This document shows, one piece after another, positions 44,901-56,998 of a stretch of DNA of 64,000 nucleotides; position 1 is the stretch's first letter; every line of letters starts with the position of its first letter. Below the pieces are notes generated by a model, which was given only the letters and a program-made list of their open reading frames with translations, was not told where the DNA came from and ran no database searches. Made by a program: the position numbers and the translations under genes. Where the stretch lies: contig JABVCE010000029.1 of the NCBI GenBank assembly GCA_014905635.1, forward strand, positions 372,001-436,000, read 5' to 3'. Source of the DNA: Scenedesmus sp. PABB004. Its lineage: Eukaryota.

Positions 44901-47055
44901 CGCGTGCGCCGCAAACACCGGCGCCGCGACGCAGCCGACCTCCTTCGTGAACAGCGCCTCCTCGCCTGCGCCGACGGCGGCGGCGGCGGCCAGTCGGTCG
45001 CGGCCCTTGGCGCCATGCGAGGCTGCCGGGCCGGCCCTCCCACCACCCGCTGCGCACCGCACCAGGGAATGAGTAGGCCATGAAGCGGCTCTCGGGCGCC
45101 GCCTGCCCGCCCGCGCGCAGCGCCGCGCCGTCGGGCAGCGCGCTCGCGCTGTGCAGCGTGACGTCGATCACGTGCCGCACGCCCACAACCACGGACGCGG
45201 ACGCGGCAGCGGCGCCCGCAGCGCCGCCGCCCGCCGCGGGCGAGCTGGGCGGGCTGGCGGTCGGCGACGAGGCGGCGCGCAGCACGCGCGCCTCGAGCGC
45301 GCCGGCGGCGCGGCCGCGCAGGACGTCGTACAGCTCGAACGACCCCGCCGCAAAGCAGGGCTGCTCCCGCGCGGCGCCGGCGGCCGCCGCGGGCGTGCGC
45401 GGCTGCTGCAGGGGCAGGCGCGCGATGCCCAGCAGCTCGCAGTCGCCCCCGGCGGCGCCGCCCGGACGCCGGCCCGCCCACAGCTCGATCGCGAGGCAGG
45501 GCCTGTCGGCCGGCAGCAGCGGCCCCGCCAGGCAGGGCGGCCCGCTGACAATGGCGCTCACGGGCGCGCCGCCGCCGCCGCCCACGACCAGCAGCGCGCC
45601 CACGTCCAGCTCGCAGCAGGTCCGCCCGCCGGACTTGACCACAGCCGTGACGCCGGCGCCCGGCGCGGCGACGCCCGACACGCCCAGCAGCTCGACCTTC
45701 AGCAGCGCCGCCCCCTGGCCGTCAGGCGGCGCGGCGCCCGGTGCTCCGCGCCGCAGGCTCGCCGCCGCCGCGGCGGCCGCTGGGCTTGGCTGCTCGTGCT
45801 GCTTGCGCCGCCGCTCCTGCGACGCCGCGCGGCGCTCGCGCTGCCGCGCCGGGCTCGCCGCCGGCGAGCGCCCCGCGCGGGCGCGCAGCAGCTCCTGCAG
45901 CAGCAGGTCCTCCAACTCCTCCAGATCCTCCAGCTCGCTCACGCGGCTGCCGCCAGCGCTGCTGCCGCTGCTGCCGGCGGGACTGTCGGCGCCGGCCCCC
46001 CGCCAGCCCGCCGCCGGGTCGTCGCCGCCGGGCAGCAGCAGCTGCGGCAGCAGCGGCGGCAGGAGCGCTGCTGCCAGCGCCGACACGCCGTGCGGCTGCC
46101 AGAGGGCGGGTCCGCCGCTGGTGCCGCCCCAGGGCAGGCCGGCTGCGCCAGGCAGAGCGACGCTGACGCCACGCGCCGCGGCCCGGTCCATGGCCGCCTT
46201 GAGACCCTCCGCCCGGCGCACGATGTCGGCCAGCGGCTCACGGCGACCGCCAGGCGACGCCGGCGCCGCGGGCGCTGCTGCTGCGGGGTCTGCCAGCACA
46301 GGCGGGGCCGCCTGCTGCTGCTGCTGCTGCTGCTGCTGTCCCTGCAGCTGCGGCGGCTGCTGCTGCTGCTGCTGTTGCTGCATCGGCTGCTGGGCGGCGG
46401 GCTTTTTGAGGGCAGGCGACCCGCCGCCGCCTGCCGCCCCACCGGCATTCTCCTTGCCCGCCGCGCGCCCTGGCTGCTCGCCCGCCGCCGCCGGCGCAGC
46501 CCGCGGCGCCGGCGGCAGCGGCAGCTGCACGCCGCCGTCGGTGGTCGCGAGGTGCTCGCCGAGCTCGGACGCGCTGCCCGGCGCCGCGTAGTCCACGCAC
46601 ACGCGGACCGCCGCGGTCGCGACGCGCTGCCCCGCCGGCCCGCGCGCCGGCAGCGCCGCCTCGAGCGGCGCGCCCACGGCCAGGCGCGCCAGGTCGACCT
46701 CGACCGTCGCGACGGGCCGGCCGCTGGGGCAGGCCTCGAGCGCGAGGCGCAGCACGCCGGCGTCGCCGAGGTAGCGCGACAGCCCGCGCGGCCCCGCCGC
46801 GAGCGGGAACGCGGCGCCCGCGCCGCCGCGGCCGGGCGCAAAGGGCACCACCGTGTCGGCGTCGCAGCCCCACCAGCGCACGCGGAGCTGCAGCTGCGCC
46901 GGCGGGCGGCGCGCCGCTGCGCCGCCGGCCCAGTCGAGCGCTGTGACGAGCACGACCAGCTCCCCCTGCGCCGCGCCGCCCACGCCCGGCGGCAGGGAGT
47001 GCCCCGCGATGGCCACGTGCGGGGCGTCGCCGGCGGGCAGCCGGCGCGCCGCCAT
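38973..47055 (-). CDS. C2CD3: C2CD3-like multi-C2-domain centriolar protein; 3' end uncertain (39086 or 38973)
   Basis: N-terminal SLPPGVGG...LRVRWWG...LSRYLGDA motif typical of C2CD3, then several C2-like blocks (IELWA, LSVQIIRACGLQ, TFCPQFHH...VEVWH, LCVEGALNL...YVAYRW, LDGWHHI). Confidence 0.65.
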
Positions 47056-47659
47056 CGCCGCGCGGCGTTGTCGAGCGGGCGGCGCGCGTGCCGCTGCTGC
47101 GCCGCCGCCGCGGCGGGCGCTGGCGGCGAGGCGCCGATCGGCGCTGGCGCGCGTGCGTGCCGCAGGCGCTGCGTGAGCGGCTGCACAGCGGCCGGCGGGC
47201 GACAGGGGCGGCGGGGGAGGCCGGAGCAGCACAAAATCACGGCCGGCGCGACGAGGCACGCTCCAGCTCCGGCGCCGGTCTGGGCGGTTCAGTGCAGTCC
47301 GTGTGAAGCCCTGGGCGGCGGGCGGGGCTGGGGAGGGGCGGGACGCTTGGCCTCCCGCCTGCGCCCGGTGAGCCCCGGTCGCCGCGCCCCGGCGCCCCGC
47401 CGCGCGCGCTCCCCGTCACCGCCACAGCTCGCTCGCCACGCCACGGGCGACAGCAGCTCGCAGCCTGCACGCCGTCTGCTGCCGTGCGGTACGCAGCGGT
47501 AGGCGCCGCCCCGGCCTCAGGCCGCAGGTCCCGCCCCGCGTGGGTGGGCGTCGCGGCCGGGACCCGGCAGTCGGGCGCGCGCGCCAGCCGGGCGGGCGAC
47601 GCAGCGGGCGAGCAGCGGCGCGGCGAGCAGCGCGGCGAGCAGCGCCGACCGGCGCCGCC

Positions 47660-50600
47660 ATGGCCGCCACCGCGGGCTCCCTGGCCGCCGAGCTGGGCCT
47701 GGGCACCGAGCGCAGCGACGGTGAGCTCGGGCGGCCGTCGGCGCGGCGGCGCGCCGAAATGCGCGGCGGCGGCCGCGCAGCGCGCGCGCGCGTACTGCGC
47801 GCCGCCCGCCCACGCGCCGCCCGCCCGCCCACGCGCCGCCCGCCCGCCCGCGCGCCCGCCGGCCCCGTGTGCCCCACCCGCGCAGCCGGCGGCCTGCGCA
47901 GCAGCGGCGGCGCGCTGGCCGACAAGCTCGGCGGCGGCCGCTCGGCCGCGGGCTCGCCGCCGCCGGCGCCGGTCGCGCCGCCGGGCGCGCTGCTGCTCGT
48001 GACGACGGTCGACATCGGCGACGGCGCGAGCGACCGCATTGAGGTGCGCGAGGGCGACGTGCCACTGGAGGTGGCGGCCGCGTTCGTGGCCAAGCACGGC
48101 CTGCCCGAGGCCATCACGCCGCGCCTCGCGGTGCACCTGGAGGACAACCTCGCCAAGGTCGCCGCGCAAAAGGCGGCCGCGGCGGTGAGCCGCGCGCACG
48201 CGCACGCGGCGGCGGGCCCGCGGGCGGCCCCGGGCGGCCAGGGGGGAGGAGGGGGAGGAGGAGAGGGCCAGGGGCGCGGGCGGGCGCGCCGCCGGCGCCC
48301 GCGCCCACGCCCGCGCCCGCGCCCGCAGCTCGCCCGCGCGGCGGGCGACGCCGCGGCGGCCGAGGTCGAGGACGGCGAGGGGTGCGGCGCTGCCGCCGCC
48401 GCCGCCGCCAGCCCCGCACCGCGTGCACCGCGCCGCGCGACAGCTCGGGCCGTGCCCGCGCCGCCCCGGGCGCCTCACCCCCGGCCCTTGGCCCTCCCTC
48501 GCTCCCTCCCCCCCCCCCCCCCGCGCGCGGCGCAGGGCGGTCGTGTTCCACCGCCTGTACGAGCAGGCGGTCGCGCTGCGCGCCAAGCTCGACGCCAAGC
48601 GCAGCGCGCTCGAGGCGGACGAGGCCGCCGCGCTCGCGGCGCAGCGCCGGGGTATGAGCTGGATCTCCAGCGAGATGATGCGCGAGCGCTCGAGCGGGCC
48701 GTTTGGGAACTACGGCTCCATGCTCTACGCGGAGAGCATGGAGAGCGCCGCGCGGCGCAAGGACAAGGCGCGGCGCGCACGCAGCCGCGCCGCGCCGCGG
48801 CGGCCGCGCGCACGGCCGCGCCGCGCGGCGCCGCGCGGGCGCCGCGGCGCCCGGCTCACGCGCCCGGCCCGCCCGACCGACCGCGCGCATGTGCGCAGGC
48901 GGAGCGCGCGCGCGCCGAGCGCGCGGCGGAGGAGGTGTCTGGCGTGACGTTCAAGCCCGAGATCAGCCGCCTCGCGCAGCACCTGTGGAGCCCGCACGAC
49001 ATCGGCAGCGTGCCCGCCTGGCAGCGCCTCAGCAAGGGTGCGCGGCGGCCGCCCCCGCGCATGCGGCGCGGCGCGGCCGTCCCTGCGCGGCGCGGCGGCG
49101 GCCCCGCGACCCCGCGCCCGCGCGCCATGCCGCGCCGCAGCGAAAATGAGCAAGGCGCAGGAGCGGCTGGAGACGCTGCGCCGCGAGAAGGAGGAGGCGG
49201 AGGTGGCGGAGTGCACGTTCAAGCCCTCGCTCAACGGCCGCAGCCAGCGCCTCATGACCGAGCGCGCCGCGACGCTGCGCAGCCTCAACGTCTCCGCGCA
49301 CCAGCAGCTCTACCAGGACGCCGTGCGACGCCAGGCCAAGTGAGCGCCCGGGCCGCGTGGCGGCTCGGCGCCGCCGCGCAGCGCGCAACGCTGCCGCGCA
49401 CGCCCGACCCGCCGCGCCGCCCGTGCCCCGCCCCCTTCCCCGCCCCCGCAGGCAGGCCGACTACGCGCACTGGTACCCCGAGGAGGTTACCTTTGCGCCC
49501 AAGCTGCACGAGAGCGCCATGTCGCGCGCCTTCCTGCGCCGCAGCCTGGGCCCCGAGGGCGCGGCCGCGCTGTCCGCGCGCGGCGAGGAGCGGCACAAGG
49601 CCCTGGTGGACCGCCTCTACGCGAGCTATGACAAGGTGTGAGACACACCCGAGCGACCCCACACAGCGCGCGCAGCGCGCAGCGCGCAGCGCGCAGCGCG
49701 CAGCGCACAACAGGCCCTGGCCCCCCACGCGGCCGGCCGCGCGGCGGCGCGCGCGCGCCCGTCACTGACCCTGCGCTGCGCCGCGCCGCGCGCAGCTGCA
49801 GAACAAGCTGGCCGAGGCGCGCTCGACGCTGCAGACGGCGGTCGACCCTGCGACCGGGCGGCGCCTGTTCACGCCCGAGACGGGCCGCGCGCCGCACTTT
49901 GCGCGCAACGCGTCGGCGCTGCCCGTGGGCGAGTACTTGTACTCGCTCAGTGCGACGCACGCCGACAAGCTCGCGGCCGCGGCGGAGGACAAGGCGCGCC
50001 GCGCGGAGGCCGACGCGGCGCGCGTCAAGCACAACAGCAGCAGCGCCGCGCTCGTGCGCGCGCTGCAGACCAAGCGCTTCCGCCAGGCGCGTGCGCGCGC
50101 GCTTGCGCGCAGCGGGGCGCGAGGGCGGCGCGCGGCGCGCGGCGCTCCACCGCCCTCGCCCCCCGCGCCGCGCTCACGCCCCCTGGCCTCACGCCCCCGC
50201 ACCGCCCCCGCACCGCCCCCGCACCGCCCCCGCACCGCCCCCGCACCGCCCCCGCACCGCCCCTCCCCCCCACCTTCCCTCACCGCCGCCCAGATCTTTG
50301 ACTTCCTGGACCAGGAGGGCCTGGGCTGCGTGGACCTGGTGGACGTCATCGGCAGCGGCCCCGCCTGGCTGGACGACCTCGACGAGCAGGCGCGGCACGC
50401 GGCGCGCGCCGGCCAACCGGAGGGGGCGCCCGCGGCGCGGGGCGCTGCCCCCGCCAGCGCCGCCGCCGCGCGGCGCTCACGCGCGCCCGCGCGGGCGCCG
50501 CGCCGCCAGGTGCGCGCCGACCTGGAGCTTGCGGCCAAGCTGCTGGCGCGGCGCCGCCTCAAGCACAACGACAGCGGCGCGAGCGAGGCCTCCATCTCCA

Positions 50601-52202
50601 TGCCGCCGCCGCCGGCGCTCGGCGACGTGGCAGGCGCGCGCCCGCGCGCCGCGCGCGGCCGCGGCGCCGCGCCGCGCCGCGGCGCCGGCCCTCGCGGCGC
50701 CCGCGCGCGCGCCTCCCACCCCGCCCCGCGCGCGCGCGTGCCGGCCCGGCCCGCAGGCTGCGGCGCGCCGCGCGCCGGCAGCGCGCCCAGCACGCCGGGC
50801 GGGAGGGCGGGCGTGAGCTTTGGGTCCTTCTGCTCCCTCATGGCCGAGGTGCTCGCGGCGCGGCGCGGCCCGCGCGCCTACCTCGCGCCCTCGCCGCCGC
50901 GCACGTTTGTGCCGGCGGAGACGTTCCAGCCGACGATCACGCAGCGCTCCAAGCAGCTGGCCGCCAAGATCCGGCCCAAGGCGCGACGCGGCGCGGCGCG
51001 GCGCGGCCCCGCTGGCGGGCGGGCGCGCGCGCCGCGCGCACCGCCCCGCCCTGACCCCGCCCGCCCCGGCGCGCCGCCCGCGCACGCACAACCAAACGCG
51101 CCGCCGCCAGGACACGCCGCTGTTCGAGGCGCTGTACGCCGAGGGCGGCGCCATCCGCGCCAAGCTGAGCGAGAAGCGCGCGGCCGCCGAGGCGCAGGCC
51201 ACCAGCAGCTGCACCTTTGCGCCGCGCCTGGTGTCGCACCAGATGGTCAAGGAGGGCCGCGTCATGCGGGTGCGAGCGCGGGGGGCACGCGCGCCGCGAG
51301 CGGGGGCACGCGCCCCGCCGCGCGTCGCCGCGCCGCGCGGCGCCCGCGCGTCGCCGACCGCGCGCCGCGCGCGGCGCCCGCCCCGCCCCGCGCAGTCGGT
51401 GCGCGACGGCACGTGGAACACCAACAGCGCGGCCACCAGCAAGGGCGGCGCGCTGGACAGCGCCGACAGCCTGCAGGCGCTCGCGGCGCTCATGGCCGGC
51501 GGCGCGGAGCAGCGCCCCGCGGCGCAGCAGCCCGCGGCGGCGGCGGCTGCGGCGGCGGAGCGGCCGGCCGAGGCGCAGCGCCTGGCGGCCAAGGAGCTCA
51601 GCGCCCAGCTCGCGCGGCTGCAGGAGGCGCAGGACGCGGCCGAGGCGGCGGCGGCGGCCGAGGAGGCGGCAGGCGCGGAGGAGCGGCGCGCCGCGGCGGG
51701 CGAGGCGGGGTGCGACGCGGAGGCGGGCGAGGCGGGCGAGGCGGGCGAGGAGGACGACTTTGAGGGCAGCGAGGAGCAGCGCGCGTACCTGGAGCTGGAG
51801 GCGGAGGTGGCGCAGATGCTCGCCGCCACGAGCGCCGCGGCCGAGGCGGCGGAGCGCCTGCACAGCGCGAGCGACCAGCAGTACCTCAGCCAGATCCTGG
51901 GCCTGGCGCAGGAGCAGGTTGACGCGATGGCGCCCGCCATCTCCCAGCTGCAGGGCCTGCAGGTCGGCGGCCACAGCCGCACCGAGTCGTTCGCCTCCGA
52001 GGCGTCGCCCTCCGCCGCGGCGTCGGCCACAGGCGCCGCGGCGGGGCCCGGCGGCGCGCGCCGCGCCTGCAGCAGCAGCCCGCCCAAGAGCAGCGCAACG
52101 GCGGGCGCGGCGGCGGGCGGCGCGCGTGCCGTGCAGGCCTCGGCGGGCAAGGCGCCGCTGGACCTCTTCCAGCTGGCGGCGGGCGTGGAGGGCAGCAGCT
52201 GA
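47660..52202 (+). CDS. Uncharacterised multi-exon protein with repeated (C)TFxPxI/L motifs, an EF-hand-like segment and coiled coils
   Basis: N-terminal VDIGDGASDRIEVREGDVPLEVAAAFVAKHGL, motifs VTFKPEI, CTFKPSL, VTFAPKL, LFTPET, TFQPTI and CTFAPRL, RLY motifs, and IFDFLDQEGLGCVDL. Exon phases are consistent. Confidence 0.75.
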
Positions 52203-52611
52203 GCCGGGTGCTGTCGCGGCCAGGTGCTGTCGCGGCCAGCGCGGTGCTCGTCTTGGGGTGCTGCGGGGCATTGCTGGAGCGGTGATCACAACAAGAGCAG
52301 AAGGGTGGCTGGGGGGCGACCCTAAAAGAGCTATGCACGTGACGTGTGCGTGTGTGGACGGCTGCCTGCGTGCCCGAGCTGCTGCGCCCCTGCGCTTGCC
52401 GTCGGCAGACCGCTGACGGCAGGATTCGCGACGACGCCCTAGTTGGGGGCGTCAGATTTCATGGCCAGCTGCTGCAGGGCAGCGAGAACAGGTCTAGAGC
52501 CATCGCAAGCAAAGTGCGGCGGCGCAGGGTAAGGTGCTGGTCAATCAGATCCGGCAGGCGCGCAGCACCCTCGCCGCGCAGCACCCTCGGCACGCAGCAC
52601 CCTCGGCGCAT

Positions 52612-52726
52612 AGCGCCGCCCGCGCGCGCGCTGCTCGGCGGCGCCGCGGCGCAGCGCTGCCGGGCGCCGTTCCCCTAGCCCCGCCGCCCCTGCGCAGCGG
52701 AGGTGCGCGGCTGCAAGGTGCTGCCC
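52612..52726 (+). repeat. Partial, slightly diverged monomer of the 172-bp satellite at the gene/repeat boundary
   Basis: Matches the second half of the monomer (...gccgttcccctagccccgccgcccctgcgcagcggaggtgcgcggctgcaaggtgctgccc). Preceded by three 16-bp cgcagcaccctcg units at 52561-52608. Confidence 0.85.
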
Positions 52727-52729
52727 AGC

Positions 52730-54789
52730 GGCGAGCTTCTTCGAGATGGGGCCTGACAGCAGGCTCCGCACCGCCGAGCCCCCGCCCGAGATAGTCGCGG
52801 CGGGGGGGGGTGGGAGGACTGCTGCGTGGTGGACGCGGCGCAGGCGCCGCGGCCAGCGGCGGGCGCGCAGCGCGCGGCGGCCGGAGCGCCCGGTGCAGCG
52901 GCGCCGGCGGAGCAGCCGGAGATGCACAGCAGGGCGCGGCGATGGTGCCTCGTGGGCTTCTGGCCTGACGTCCGCGTCGACCCCTCCGTGTGGGGGCTTG
53001 GGCACGCGGCCACGGTCATGCAGTTTACGGTGCGCGGCGCGACCCTGCGGCTGCTGCAGCTGCGCTGCGCGCGCGAGGTCACGCCGGCAGGGGGCTGGAC
53101 GCCCGGCGTTGGCTGCGTGCCGGGCCTCTGGCGCGCCGGCTACGGCCAGGCCTGCCCGGCCAGCGCCATCGCGCGGCGGGAGGCGGGCCAGAAGCGCAGC
53201 TGGGCGGAGCGGCAGCGAGCCGAGACGCCAGACCCGGAGCCTGGGCTGCCGGCGTGGCAGAAAGTCTCGCCCCCGCGGCGCCACGTCATGGAGCGCGTCG
53301 GGCCGGCGGCGGCCGCTGCCGCCGCGGCGCGGCGCGAGGAGCATGAGCAGCGGCGGGAGCAGCAGCTGGAGCAGCGCAGGACCCTGGTTCAGGAGCCGGC
53401 GGCCAACGACCTCGTCGACCCGCTCACTGGTGCGACTGCGCCGCCGCGCGCCGGCGAGCGCGCGGAGCCGCCCGCCTGGGCCGCCTGCTACGCGCGCGCG
53501 CAGCAGGCGCGCATGCCGCGCGCCCTGCGACACTTTGGCTGGAGCCTGCTGCACGGCGGGGTGCGCGTCAGCGGCGACAGGGTCTTCTCTTACCAGCGCG
53601 CGGCGCCGGAGCTGGCGGAGCTGGCGTGCCCGCACCCGCTCTGCCGCGCGCAGCAGCAGCCGCCGCTGGAGACGCTCGGCCACGTCCTCGGCGGATGCCC
53701 CGTGGCGGCGGCGGTGCTGCAGTGGTTTGCTCACCTCTGGGCGCGGCTGCAGCCGGGCTTCCCGCGCGCGCCGCCCCCGCCCAGGGTGATGCTGGCGGAC
53801 GACTTTGCCAGGTCGGGCGTCGCGCCGGAGCTGCAGCAGCTCTGGACGCACCTCCGCCTGCTGCTGCTGCGCGCCCTGCTTGCCGCGCGCGCGCGGCACG
53901 GCGGCGGCCAGCCCGGGCACGCGCCTGCGGCGGCGATTCGCATCTTTGTGTACTCGGTGCGCGACGCAGTTGTGCTGGACTGGCGCAAGGCAGCGATGGA
54001 TGTGCGCGCGCTGGCGGGCGTGCCGCGCTCCTGGCTGTCGGGCTCCGGCAAGGAGCTCACTCGGGCAGGTTTCGAACGCCGGTGGTGCCACCGAGGGGTC
54101 ATCGCGCGCACGGGCCAGCACGGGGGCCGCTTCACAATGGAGTTCCGGCTCACCGCAGCGGGCGTGCCGGCGCTGCCGGCGGCGCCGGCGCTGGCCCCGC
54201 CGGCGGCGCAGGACCCCGTGGCGGCGGCGGCGGCGGCGGCGGCGGCGCAGCGCGGCGGCTAGCTGCAGGGGCCGGGGGGGGTCCGCGGCCGGGCTTGCTG
54301 CGACCCCGGCTGGCTGCGTGTCGCGCCTCTTCTGCAACGTGCAAGGTTGGGCGGTGTCCGCCCGTGCCGCGGGGCTGGTGTCTGCGTGTTTGTCGTCGCG
54401 CGGCGAGGGGGCTGCAGCCGATGGGGCCGGCCCCATCCGCCGCCAGCGTGGATGGCGTTTGCGCGTGATCTCTGCGCGGAGGCTTGGGGCCGGTGCACCT
54501 CGCTGCACCGATGCCCGGTGCGGCTCGCCGCACCGGAAGGGGGGTGTGCGGCCTGATCTGCTGCTGCCCCTTTGATTGCGGGGCATCACCTGGTCTCCTT
54601 GGGCGCCCGTTGGGCGTTGGCCTCTGGCTGTGCCGTTGGGTGATGTGTGGGCCCCCTCTCGGGGGGCGCCGGGGCGCGGTTTTTCACGAGGGGTTGCTGC
54701 GCTCTTCCCGTTGGAGCTTTTTTCAGTGGGCTGCCCCTGGGCCTCGGTCCTTGTCTGGTCACCCGTTGTAACAAAAAAAAAAAAAAAAA
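52730..54789 (+). mobile_element. 5'-truncated L1-clade non-LTR retrotransposon, copy 1 (ORF2 3' part, 3'UTR, poly(A))
   Basis: ORF 52826-54262 has a zf-RVT-type CCHC knuckle (FGWSLLHG...CPHPLC...ETLGHVLGGC). Then a 0.5-kb UTR, TGTAA at 54767 and an A-tract at 54773-54789. No RT or endonuclease domain is present. Confidence 0.85.
52826..54262 (+). pseudogene. C-terminal fragment of LINE ORF2 (zf-RVT region)
   Basis: 478-aa open frame with the CCHC motif. It extends upstream as ASFFEMGPDSRLRTAEPPPEIVAAGGWEDCC if the G-run at 52802 has 7 G, as in copy 2. Confidence 0.75.
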
Positions 54790-55056
54790 CCCAACGGCAC
54801 AGCCAGAGGCCAACGCCCAACGGGCGCCCAAGGAGACCAGGTGATGCCCCGCAATCAAAGGGGCAGCAGCAGATCAGGCCGCACACCCCCCTTCCGGTGC
54901 GGCGAGCCGCACCGGGCATCGGTGCAGCGAGGTGCACCGGCTCCAAGCCTCCGCGCAGAGATCACGCGCAAACGCCATCCACGCTGGCGGCGGCAGGGGC
55001 CGGCCTCAGCGGCATCAGCCCCCGCGCCGCGCGACGACACACGCACCCACCAGGGG

Positions 55057-55442
55057 ATAAAGATAAAGATAAAGATAGTTACACCACAGGCTCGCGCCCA
55101 TTGGTCCCGCGCCCCTTAAGGACGGTGTCCCGCATCTTCCAGATGTCCATCACATAATCTGCCACAGAGTGAACATCAAGCTGATCCTGCAGCAGGTCAC
55201 CAAGCAGATAACGCCGAGCCTGCTCCAGTGCTGCACACCGACTCGCCGGGCCGGTAACGGCAGCCCGAGGGGCCGCCGCACCAGCAGAGACGCTGCTGAC
55301 GCTGACCGCCGCGCTGACATCATCAGCCCGAGGGGCCGCCGTATCAGCCGTGACGCCGCTATCGCTGATGCTGACCGCCGCGCCTGCGTCAGCAGCCCGA
55401 GGGGCCGCCGCGCTAGCCACGACGCCGGGGTCGCTGACGCTG
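55057..55442 (-). mobile_element. 5'-truncated fragment of a second non-LTR family (RTEX/CR1-like C-terminus) with a (CTTTAT)n tail
   Basis: 7-bp TSD CCAGGGG at 55050-55056 and 55443-55449; empty site at about 57201-57215. ORF end ...LLQDQLDVHSVADYVMDIWKMRDTVL...VV* is followed by ctat(ctttat)3. Confidence 0.75.
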
Positions 55443-55636
55443 CCAGGGGGCAGCAGTTGGCTTTGCTGCAAAAACCCCTGAGAAAGCCGCGCACCGATGA
55501 GAAAGCCGCCCCACCGGGCAGGCAGCACGCCAAGCCGCCGCGCACGGAGCGCGTGCAGCCGCCAAACACGCCGGCGGCGCCAGGGGCCGGCCCCATCGGC
55601 TGCAGCCCCCTCGCCGCGCGACGACAAACACGCAGA

Positions 55637-56967
55637 GGCGAGCTTCTTCGAGGTGGGGCCTGACAGCAGGCTCCGCACCGCCGAGCCCCCGCCGAGATAG
55701 TCGCGGCGGGGGGGTGGGAGGACTGCTGCGTGGTGGACGCGGCGCAGGCGCCGCGGCCAGCGGCGGGCGCGCAGCGCGCGGCGGCCGGAGCGCCCGGGGC
55801 AGCGGCGCCGGCGGAGCAGCCGGAGATGCACAGCAGGGCGCGGCGATGGTGCCTCGTGGGCTTCTGGCCTGACGTCCGCGTCGACCCCTCCGTGTGGGGC
55901 TTGGGCACGCGGCCACGGTCATGCAGTTTACGGTGCGCGGCGCGACCCTGCGGCTGCTGCAGCTGCGCTGCGCGCGCGAGGTCACGCCGGCAGGGGGCTG
56001 GACGCCCGGCGTTGGCTGCGTGCCGGGCCTCTGGCGCGCCGGCTACGGCCAGGCCTGCCCGGCCAGCGCCATCGCGCGGCGGGAGGCGGGCCAGAAGCGC
56101 AGCTGGGCGGTGCGGCAGCGCGCCGAGACGCCAGACCCGGAGCCTGGGCTGCCGGCGTGGCAGAAAGTCTCGCCCCCGCGGCGCCACGTCATGGAGCGCG
56201 TCGGGCCGGCGGCGGCCGCTGCCGCCGCGGCGCGGCGCGAGGAGCATGAGCAGCGGCGGGAGCAGCAGCTGCAGCAGCGCAGGACCCTGGTTCAGGAGCC
56301 GGCGGCCAACGACCTCGTCGACCCGCTCACTGGTGCGACTGCGCCGCCGCGCGCCGGCGAGCGCGCGGAGCCGCCCGCCTGGGCCGCCTGCTACGCGCGC
56401 GCGCAGCAGGCGCGCATTTTTTTTTATTTATTATTTTTTTTTTTTGTTACAATGGGTGACCAGACAAGGACCGAGGCCCATGGGCAGCCCATTGAAAAAA
56501 GCTCCAACGGGAAGAGCGCAGCAACCCCTCGTGAAAAACCGCGCCCCGGCGCCCCCCGAGAGGGGGCACACACATCACCCAACGGCACAGCCAGAGGCCA
56601 ACGCCCAACGGGCGCCCAAGGAGACCAGGTGATGCCCCGCAATCAAAGGGGCAGCAGCAGATCAGGCCGCACACCCCCCTTCCGGTGCGGCGAGCCGCAC
56701 CGGGCATCGGTGCAGCGAGGTGCACCGGCCCCAAGCCTCCGCGCAGAGATCACGCGCAAACGCCATCCACGCCGGCGGCGGCAGGGGCCGGCCTCAGCGG
56801 CATCAGCCCCCGCGCCGCGCGACGACCGACACGCAGACACCAGCCCCGCGGCATGGGCGGACACCGCCCAACCTTGCACGCTGCAGAAGAGGCGCGACAC
56901 GCAGCCATCCGGGGTCGCAGCAAGCCCGGCCGCGGACCCCCCGGCCCCTGCAGCTAGCCGCCGCGCT

Positions 56968-56998
<31 letters not shown>

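Noticed and set aside
49665..50265. (GCGCA)n and 11-bp ccccgcaccgc tandem repeats
   Set aside because: Ordinary intronic simple repeats with no further structure.
52790..55905. Frameshifts in the LINE ORF (G9 versus G7, missing C or G) as programmed frameshifting
   Set aside because: They fall in homopolymers and differ between the two copies, so sequencing error or decay is more likely.
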